Assembly: GCA_043750055.1 (NCBI GenBank)
Contig: JAYVCH010000077.1
Coordinates: forward strand, 1 to 36,930
Source: Fibrobacteria bacterium
GTDB lineage: Bacteria; Fibrobacterota; Fibrobacteria; UBA11236
DNA: 36,930 bases
Direction: 5' to 3'
Below are positions 7,842 through 15,186 of the stretch, one piece after another. The translations under genes were made by a program, and so were the position numbers. The number at the start of each line of letters is the position of its first letter. Positions within the stretch are counted from its first letter, which is position 1. The notes under the pieces were generated by a model that saw only the letters and a program-made list of their open reading frames with translations, did no database searches and was not told the origin of the DNA.

Positions 7842-9185
7842 ATGATCAATTCCGTAACCTCCCTTCATCCTTGGACTGCCTGTATGGGGGCCTTGAAGGA
7901 AAAACTCTCCGATGACGTTTTTAACCAATGGATACTGCCGTTAAAGGTATTTGAGCTCAGTGAATTTCAAATCAGTATTGCCGTCCCTCAGAACCTCGAC
8001 ATTGAGCAATTGGCCAAGATGTATTTGGGATTAATTGAACATTGTTTTCAGGAGGCCAACGGTCGGGAGGTAAGGGTGCATCTGCGCCGACTTCCCAATT
8101 TGAGCGCAGCTTCATCAAGTGGGGCCCAGCCTTTTTCGAGCATGCCGGTTATTGAATTGAATCCAAATTATTCGTTCGACGAATTCGTAGTGGGTAGCAA
8201 CTCCCAGTTTGCTTATTCTGCTGCCTTAGCCGTTGCAAAAGATCCCGGTGGAACCAAATTTAATCCGTTGCTCATTTATGGCGGAGTGGGTTTGGGAAAA
8301 ACCCATTTGCTCCAGGCTATTGGAAATCATGTGATGACGGAAAATCCCCGGAAAAAAATCCGCTATGTCACGTCTGAGGCGTTCTATCGAGAGTTTGTGG
8401 AATCAATTCAGCATAATCGCATCAACGAACTTTCCACTTATTATCGGAATGAAGTTGATATTCTTTTGATGGATGATGTCCAATTTTTGAGCGGCAAGGA
8501 TAGAACTCAAGAAGAGTTTTTCCATATCTTTAACTCCCTGCATCAAAGCCGCAAGCAAATTGTCTTAACAAGCGATGCGCCTCCCGGAGACTTAAAAGGT
8601 CTTGAGGATCGATTGGTTAGTCGTTTCCAATGGGGTCTTTTCGTTGATATTCAAGCTCCTGATCGTGAAACACGCGAGGCAATTCTACGTCGCAAAGCGC
8701 TGGCATTAAACTTGGATATTTCGTCTGAAATTATTTCCTTTTTGGCTGAAGCGATCGATTCCAATATCCGAATTCTCGAGGGCGCGATTCGGCAGTTGTT
8801 ATTACAGGCTTCTATCAAGCATTCCGATATCACCATGGAGCTTGCCAAGGAAATAGTTCACCGTACAGGAAGCAATCGTCAATCCAAGAAAATCACGCCC
8901 GATGATATTACCATGGTCGTGGCGAATTATTTCGTGGTTGAGGTGGACAAAATCATTGAGCAGGGTAGAGGCACCAAGGAAGTGGCTCAAGCCCGCCAGC
9001 TTGCGATGTTCTTGATGAAAGAACTGACCTCCGCTTCCTTAAAATCCATTGGACAACGGTTTGGCGGTCGAGATCATAGCACGGTCGTGCATGCCATCAA
9101 GACTATTGAAAAAGCGATGGAGAAGGATGACTCTTTCAAGAAGAGTGTGGATGCAATTCTAGGTCGACTTGGGAGTCGGACTTAA
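7842..9185 (+). CDS. dnaA: Chromosomal replication initiator protein DnaA
   Basis: 447 aa. It has the Walker A GGVGLGKTHLLQAIGN, Walker B ILLMDDVQFL, and the domain IV helix GGRDHSTVVHAIKTIE. The ATG is the first start after an in-frame TAA. GGGGTGGA lies upstream. Confidence 0.95.
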   Translation: MINSVTSLHPWTACMGALKEKLSDDVFNQWILPLKVFELSEFQISIAVPQNLDIEQLAKMYLGLIEHCFQEANGREVRVHLRRLPNLSAASSSGAQPFSSMPVIELNPNYSFDEFVVGSNSQFAYSAALAVAKDPGGTKFNPLLIYGGVGLGKTHLLQAIGNHVMTENPRKKIRYVTSEAFYREFVESIQHNRINELSTYYRNEVDILLMDDVQFLSGKDRTQEEFFHIFNSLHQSRKQIVLTSDAPPGDLKGLEDRLVSRFQWGLFVDIQAPDRETREAILRRKALALNLDISSEIISFLAEAIDSNIRILEGAIRQLLLQASIKHSDITMELAKEIVHRTGSNRQSKKITPDDITMVVANYFVVEVDKIIEQGRGTKEVAQARQLAMFLMKELTSASLKSIGQRFGGRDHSTVVHAIKTIEKAMEKDDSFKKSVDAILGRLGSRT

Positions 9186-11447
9186 TTCCAAAAACCGTTC
9201 AATCTCTGCTTTCACCTGATTTTCAGTATGCAGGTTTGAAATTTTACCTAATAAATCCTGACAATCTTTAACACTGAGCATTCGAAGCGCTGCGCGAATT
9301 CCATCCGCTGCCGCCGGTGCAATGGACAGTCGGGTGAGTCCCATTGAGAGGAAGATGGGTAAGGCTTGTGGATCGGAAGCCATTTCACCGCAAACGGTTA
9401 CGGGCTTTCCCGCTTCTCTGGCCGCGTCGGAAATTCGAATCAGGGCCTGGATTAAGGCTGGGTGGAATGGTTGATAATAGGAGGCTACGCGCTCATTTCC
9501 ACGATCGATAGCGAAAAGATATTGAATTAAATCATTCGTTCCGATACTAAGAAAGTCAGCCTCTATTGCAAAGTCGCGAATTTGCATCATGGCAGATGGA
9601 ATCTCAATCATTGCCCCAATCGGAGGTCGGCGAAAGGGATGCCCATATTCAGCTTCCAATTCGAGTAGGACAGATTCGATTTGCTCTTTGATGGCATGGA
9701 ATTCCGTGACCATGGAAAGCATAGGAATGACTAATCTGAATTCGCCGAGCTGGGCCGTGCGCAGCAGGGCTCGTAAATGAGGACGTAGAATGTCAGGCCG
9801 GGATAAAAGCATGCGAATGGAGCGCCATCCCAAACTTGGATTTTCTTCTTTTCCCCAGTCAAAATATTTCAGAGGTTTATCGCCTCCAACATCCAAGAGC
9901 CGAAAGGTTGCCCCATGTTTTCCACAGCGTGCTAAAACGCGTCGGTATATTTCAAACTGGGTTTCTTCATCGGGAAAAGAATTTCTGATCATGAAGAAAA
10001 ATTCGGAACGGTAGAGGCCCACTCCCTCAATTCCATTGATGTCCATCAACTCCAAATCGGAAATCAAGGAGAGGTTGCCAGAAAGCTGAATGTGATGTCC
10101 ATCAATAGTGGTGGAACCGAAACTCGGAACAGCCATCATTCGCGTACCAAGATCTTCAAGGAGCCGCGCATATTCGCGTTCCACATGCATATCAGGGTTG
10201 ATGTAAATCAATCCCGAATGACCATCCATGATCACCCGCATGTTGTTTTGTAGATAAGTGATCAATCCAGGAATTCCCATAAAGCAAGGAATACCCAGCG
10301 ATCGTGCCAAAATAGCGGCATGGGAAGTAAGCCCGCCGGTTTCGCAGAGGATGCCGCGGATTTTTCGGGTGGATAAATAGATCAAATCGGAAGGGAGGAG
10401 TTCTATCGCAGCAATGATATTCCCGTCTTCGTCCTGTTCCTGGTGATTTGAATTTTGATTAACATCTCCGAGTGCATTGAGAATACGTAATCCAACATCT
10501 CGTAGATCTGCGGCACGGCTTGCCAACATTTTATTTCCGGAATCGACCATGGTTTTGATCAATTCACGGGTCGCAAGTTTCACAGCAAAAGGGGCAGCCA
10601 GGTTTTCGCGAATATGGCTTTCGATTAAACCGATATAGTGCTCATCTTTGAGCATTAGTTTATGGGTGTCAAAAATCTGAGCATCAATTTCCGCGAAAAG
10701 TTCGGAGGCTCGGGTTTTCAGCCATATACTTTCTTGCCGCGCTAATTCCAAGGCCTTATGGAGAACCTCAATTTCTAGGCGAGGCTCCAAACATTCGGCA
10801 AAAAAGATCGTGTCCCAAATTTGATGCGTTTTTAGAATAATCGCCCGGCCACAGGCAATTCCTCCCACTACAACCTGCGCCTTTACAAATGGTGGGGCTT
10901 CTTTGGGTACTTCGACATCAACTTTCCCTGTCTCAGGGAGCACGGACCTTAAGCTTTTATTTTCAAGGAATGTGCCAAGTTGGGCCGCCAAGGTATACGC
11001 CAAATCTTCCACCATGGGAGAAAAGGGCGAGCCATCGGTGGATTGTAAAGTCATCACTCCCGCGCCCCATTTGGACGCGGGAGGTATGGGTATTCCGAGA
11101 AAGTTTTTTAGGTGACCTTCGCCCAAAGTAGGAAAAAACTTATTTCGCTTATCTTGGGCGGGATTCGCGATATTGACAATTTCGCCTTGACTAAAAACGT
11201 ATCCAGTCAAGCCTTCGCCGGGAGACATGGTTACATCCGAGAGTCTGTTTTTATTCAACCCTTCACTTGCAGTCAGTCTTAAGGTGTTTGTCTCGCTTTG
11301 AAAAAGATAAATGGAGCAAACGTCAACTTCCATTTTTTCCGAAATGAGTTTTACCACCGCCTCCAAAGCGGGTTGGGTCAATCCTGTTTCCTGCATGGTT
11401 TGAGCCAAGGAACGGATTATTTCCAATGCTGTACTGGCGTCGGACAT
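9159..11447 (-). CDS. ptsP: Phosphoenolpyruvate-protein phosphotransferase with N-terminal GAF domain (EI-Ntr type)
   Basis: 762 aa. It has an N-terminal GAF-like region, the phospho-His motif GGLTSHAAILARSLGIP, a PEP-binding barrel with SIGTNDLIQY, and CGEMA. Confidence 0.9.
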   Translation of the reverse strand: MSDASTALEIIRSLAQTMQETGLTQPALEAVVKLISEKMEVDVCSIYLFQSETNTLRLTASEGLNKNRLSDVTMSPGEGLTGYVFSQGEIVNIANPAQDKRNKFFPTLGEGHLKNFLGIPIPPASKWGAGVMTLQSTDGSPFSPMVEDLAYTLAAQLGTFLENKSLRSVLPETGKVDVEVPKEAPPFVKAQVVVGGIACGRAIILKTHQIWDTIFFAECLEPRLEIEVLHKALELARQESIWLKTRASELFAEIDAQIFDTHKLMLKDEHYIGLIESHIRENLAAPFAVKLATRELIKTMVDSGNKMLASRAADLRDVGLRILNALGDVNQNSNHQEQDEDGNIIAAIELLPSDLIYLSTRKIRGILCETGGLTSHAAILARSLGIPCFMGIPGLITYLQNNMRVIMDGHSGLIYINPDMHVEREYARLLEDLGTRMMAVPSFGSTTIDGHHIQLSGNLSLISDLELMDINGIEGVGLYRSEFFFMIRNSFPDEETQFEIYRRVLARCGKHGATFRLLDVGGDKPLKYFDWGKEENPSLGWRSIRMLLSRPDILRPHLRALLRTAQLGEFRLVIPMLSMVTEFHAIKEQIESVLLELEAEYGHPFRRPPIGAMIEIPSAMMQIRDFAIEADFLSIGTNDLIQYLFAIDRGNERVASYYQPFHPALIQALIRISDAAREAGKPVTVCGEMASDPQALPIFLSMGLTRLSIAPAAADGIRAALRMLSVKDCQDLLGKISNLHTENQVKAEIERFLELSPTPKST

Positions 11448-11496
11448 GGAGGCCTTAAAAAAGGGGGAGAGGTTGGTCAGAAATTAGAGCTGGGAT

Positions 11497-11787
11497 TCAA
11501 TCCCACATAATTCCTGGTTTGGGCGGATCGGGAAGTTTGTCCTTATTTTTTTTTGCCCATTCGAATTTTTTATTGAGAAGGTCAAGCCGACCATCTTCAA
11601 TTTTTTTTGCTTCCTCAAATTTAGAGGCCAAATCTTTGGATCGAGTTTTATCCTGCTTCATGAACTGTTCTAAACTTGGAGGGGCATCTTTGTGAGGAAT
11701 AAATTTGAGAACCCCTCCAGATTCGGAATCGATAATCAATTCCGCTTTGCAGCAGGGGCAATCAACTTTAAATTCTTTCGAATCCAT
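11497..11787 (-). CDS. Small hypothetical protein with a CPCC motif and a charged coiled C-terminus
   Basis: I take ATG at 11787 (MDSKEFKVDCPCCKAELIID...) over the ORF-track ATG at 11829. It lies between glgE and ptsP on the same strand. I recognise no family. Confidence 0.45.
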   Translation of the reverse strand: MDSKEFKVDCPCCKAELIIDSESGGVLKFIPHKDAPPSLEQFMKQDKTRSKDLASKFEEAKKIEDGRLDLLNKKFEWAKKNKDKLPDPPKPGIMWD

Positions 11788-11892
11788 GCCTTTAAATATA
11801 CGACTTTTTACTTGCCCGTGGGTCCGCAACTAGAGATGTCCGGCCAGTTGGACGAGAATAACGGTCGAATTCAGGTTAGCGAGGGAGGATGC

Positions 11893-13791
11893 TCAGAATT
11901 TTTCAACTTTAAAAATATGCATGACCTCTTTTTGGGGCGTCAGCTCCACGTAATTTCGCGGTCCAGACCAAACGAAACTTTCGTGAGTGAGTAAATCATA
12001 TAAGCCAAAAATATTTTCGGTCCCAAGTCCCATATTAGCCAAGTTAAGGGTCAACCAACCGGATTGTCGGTTTTCGGGATCCAAATTGACGACAAAAAGG
12101 AGGATATTTTCTTCAAAATGCTTGGAATAAACCAAGATTTGTGGATTCATACAATCGTGAAAACGAAGGTTCTTTAGATAGTGAAGGGAACGGTTTTCCA
12201 AACGTATTTCATTCAATTGTTGAATGAAGGATTTTATGTTGCCAGGACGATTCCAATCCCAGACTTTATACTGATACTTTTCCGAGTTCAGATATTCTTC
12301 TTTTCCTGGCACGGGAGAATTGTCACAGATTTCATAACCGTTATACATCCCATGAGCTCCCGAAAGGGTACAAGCGAGTGCATACCTGATCTTAAAAGCC
12401 GCTGGAGATGCGTTCTGGAGGTGATAGGGAAGGATATCAGGCGTGGTTGGAAAAAAGATGGGCTTCATGAAAAATTTGCTGGGTCCTTGAGTGAGATCTT
12501 CGCAGTACTCGCGCAATTCTTCCGCGCTGGTTCGCCAGGTGAAATAGGTATACGAAAGGTCGAAGCCTAATTTTGCCAATCTCTTCATCACCTTCGGTCT
12601 GGTAAAAGCTTCAGACAAGAAAGCAATTGCGGGGTTTTGCCGTTTTATATCGGCAATCATCCATTCCCAAAAGGCAAACGGTTTGGTGTGCGGATTATCG
12701 ACGCGAAAAATTGTGACTCCCATGTCCATCCAAAACTCGATAATCGATTTTATTTCGATCCATAGATTTTGACGATCCTCACAAAAGTAATTGAGAGGAT
12801 AAACATCTTCGTATCGCTTCGGTGGGTTTTCCGCGCATTTGATGGTCCCATCTTTTTCGCGGTAATACCAATCAGGATGTTTTTTCACGTAAGGGTGATC
12901 GGGCGAACAGTTCAACGCGAAATCAAGCGCGACCGCAAAACCCATGTCCTTACAGGTCTCTATAAAAGTGCGACATTCAGCCAAGGTTCCGATTTCCGGA
13001 TCCACGGCTTTATGGCCGCCAAGTGAATTTCCAATTGCATACGGACAACCAGGTTCACCTGGCTTGGCCACCAGACTATTATTAACTCCTTTGCGTTTAG
13101 TCACTCCAATGGGGTGGATGGGAGGGAGATAAATGACATCGAAGCGGAGATTTTTAATTTCGTTCAGCCGAGCGGTCATCTCTTTAAAATTGGCACTTCG
13201 ATTAGGATCGGTGCCTTGCGACTTGGCCCACATTTCATACCAGGCGCTGAATTGAGTCACAGCGGAATCTATGCGCAGCGTTCCATGCGGAGTGAAGATG
13301 CAGGGTGTGTCCACAAAGGGGATTTCGCCTGGATTGGAGTGGCCTAGGGTTCGCCCTTCCACGGTGTATTCGTAGTTGCCTGGCTCGTAAGCAGAAAAAT
13401 ACCCACGCCACAAATCATTGTCCACAAATTCCATGGTTGCGCGCTGCCATTTACTATGGCCGACTTTGCGAAAAAGAAGCGCAGCTTCGCATTTTTCATG
13501 TCCATCTCTAAAAATATCAGCCGTGACCTCGATTTGTTCACCCGGTATCGCTTTGATGGGAAATCGGCCCCCATCAATCATGGGTTGCAGGTTTTCGACA
13601 ACGGCGTGAATAGCGGGAATCTCAGGCAAGGCGAAGTGGGACAATTTGGACTTGAGTGCCGCGACGCTCGGCTTGACGGGCTTTTTACTCAGATTAGATT
13701 TTTTGGCGACAGACTTTTTGGCAACCGTCTTTAATGCAGCCTTCACATTTTCAGTTCTACTCTTCTTTACGGCTTTTCTATGGACGCCCAT
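11893..13791 (-). CDS. glgE: Alpha-1,4-glucan:maltose-1-phosphate maltosyltransferase
   Basis: It has the GlgE-specific N-terminal domain (IDGGRFPIKAIPGEQIEVTADIFRDGHE) and GH13 catalytic motifs (IFRVDNPHTKPFAFWEW, FLSEAFTRP). A Lys-rich N-terminal tail makes the start uncertain. Alternatives are GTG and TTG within 13640-13750. Confidence 0.85.
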   Translation of the reverse strand: MGVHRKAVKKSRTENVKAALKTVAKKSVAKKSNLSKKPVKPSVAALKSKLSHFALPEIPAIHAVVENLQPMIDGGRFPIKAIPGEQIEVTADIFRDGHEKCEAALLFRKVGHSKWQRATMEFVDNDLWRGYFSAYEPGNYEYTVEGRTLGHSNPGEIPFVDTPCIFTPHGTLRIDSAVTQFSAWYEMWAKSQGTDPNRSANFKEMTARLNEIKNLRFDVIYLPPIHPIGVTKRKGVNNSLVAKPGEPGCPYAIGNSLGGHKAVDPEIGTLAECRTFIETCKDMGFAVALDFALNCSPDHPYVKKHPDWYYREKDGTIKCAENPPKRYEDVYPLNYFCEDRQNLWIEIKSIIEFWMDMGVTIFRVDNPHTKPFAFWEWMIADIKRQNPAIAFLSEAFTRPKVMKRLAKLGFDLSYTYFTWRTSAEELREYCEDLTQGPSKFFMKPIFFPTTPDILPYHLQNASPAAFKIRYALACTLSGAHGMYNGYEICDNSPVPGKEEYLNSEKYQYKVWDWNRPGNIKSFIQQLNEIRLENRSLHYLKNLRFHDCMNPQILVYSKHFEENILLFVVNLDPENRQSGWLTLNLANMGLGTENIFGLYDLLTHESFVWSGPRNYVELTPQKEVMHIFKVEKF

Positions 13792-15010
13792 GGTTCCTGA
13801 TCAACTCCTCATAAAATTGGTGGGTCCGCTTGGCAACTTGAGACCAGGCAAATTGTTTTTCAACGCGCTGTCTGGCTTTCTTCGACATGGTGAGTCGCAA
13901 AGCCGGATCATCTAACAAGGTATTGACCGAACTAGCTAGGTCACGTGAGAATGATTCTGAATCCTTCGGTTCAAAATTATCTGAACCCTTGGAATCTAAA
14001 GGCACTAGCAGTCCTGTTTCTCCAGGGACCACGACTTCCGGAATGCCGCCAACTGCCGAGGCCACAACCGGCGTCTCGCAGGCCATGGCTTCAAGATTAA
14101 TGATACCGAAAGGTTCGTACACTGAAGGACAAATAAAAACCGCCGCATGGGTATAGAGTGAAATGATTTCCTTTTTAGGAAGCATCTGCGGAATCCAAAT
14201 GATGGGATGAGTGGAATCTTGGCGTGCAGCTTCGACACGCTTTTTCATTTCTTCACCGATTTCTGGGGTGTCTGGAGCCCCGGCACAAAGGACTACCTGG
14301 GTCCCGGGTCTAAGATGGCGAATCGCGTTGATCAAATGCAAGACGCCCTTTTGCCTTGTGATTCGACCCACAAAAAGCACATACGGCAGGGCGGGATCGA
14401 TTCCGTAAGCACCCAATAAAAGAGGGTCTTGAGTGGGAAAATATTCCTCCGGGTCAATGCCATTTGGAATCACTTGAATTCTGTCATGGGGTACCCCATA
14501 TAAATCATGCACATCTCTACGCATTGATTCGGAAACGGCGATCACACCATCGGCATTTTGATACGCGGTCCGTTCGAGCCAAGTTGAAACATGATAGGCC
14601 TTTCCTAATTGTTCCACTTTCCAAGGACGATGCGGTTCGAGGGAATGGGTGGTTAGGACAAGGGGGATACCGAAAAGTTTTTGTAGGATGCAACCCCCAA
14701 AATGCGTATACCAGGTATGGCAATGAACAATATCTGAGGCTTCAATGGTTCCGGACATCATTACATTTCTGGCCAAGGTATCCATCAACTTGGCAAACCG
14801 GGCATTCTGACTGGGAAGGGAAAATCCGGGTTTTACTCCGGTGGCTTTTAACCCTTCTTCCTCGATTTTCTGATCACCGAAGCAAAGCACTTCAACGGCA
14901 TTGGTCGCATTGGGAAGCCTAGCTAAAGCTTTAGAAAGGTATTCCACATGAACGCCGGCGCCGCCGTACACATAGGGGGGAAATTCATTGGTAAGCAGAG
15001 ATATCTTCAT
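13778..15010 (-). CDS. glgM: GT4 glycogen-synthase-like glycosyltransferase of the Corynebacterium/Mycobacterium GlgM type (probable maltose-1-phosphate synthase)
   Basis: The N-terminus MKISLLTNEFPPYVYGGAGVHVEYLSKAL closely resembles mycobacterial GlgM (REYPPEVYGGAGVHV). It also has the GT4 EPFGIINLEAMA motif. I prefer ATG at 15010 over TTG at 15016. The stop overlaps the glgE ATG by 14 nt. Confidence 0.75.
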   Translation of the reverse strand: MKISLLTNEFPPYVYGGAGVHVEYLSKALARLPNATNAVEVLCFGDQKIEEEGLKATGVKPGFSLPSQNARFAKLMDTLARNVMMSGTIEASDIVHCHTWYTHFGGCILQKLFGIPLVLTTHSLEPHRPWKVEQLGKAYHVSTWLERTAYQNADGVIAVSESMRRDVHDLYGVPHDRIQVIPNGIDPEEYFPTQDPLLLGAYGIDPALPYVLFVGRITRQKGVLHLINAIRHLRPGTQVVLCAGAPDTPEIGEEMKKRVEAARQDSTHPIIWIPQMLPKKEIISLYTHAAVFICPSVYEPFGIINLEAMACETPVVASAVGGIPEVVVPGETGLLVPLDSKGSDNFEPKDSESFSRDLASSVNTLLDDPALRLTMSKKARQRVEKQFAWSQVAKRTHQFYEELIRNHGRP

Positions 15011-15186
15011 TGCCAAGCCCTAAAAATTAGGAATTTAACCGCATATTGGAACCCCAAATCAGTTCAGAGAGGGACATTGCGCAGAAGAGTCGTCAGTTGC
15101 AGTTTTCAAGACCGATAATCCGGAACTAATGTTTGGATACCGGCCATGCTTTTTTAAGTTTACAGATTGTCGATTGGGGAAATGGA

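Noticed and set aside
7744-7845. 33-codon upstream ORF (MQRDMRLSKPSGNFLKTAFQLGFNSHLILGVDP) whose TGA overlaps the dnaA ATG (ATGA)
   Set aside because: It has no convincing SD, only a weak AAAGG 11 nt upstream. The peptide has no recognisable features, and dnaA has its own SD-like GGGGTGGA. The stop/start overlap could be coincidental.
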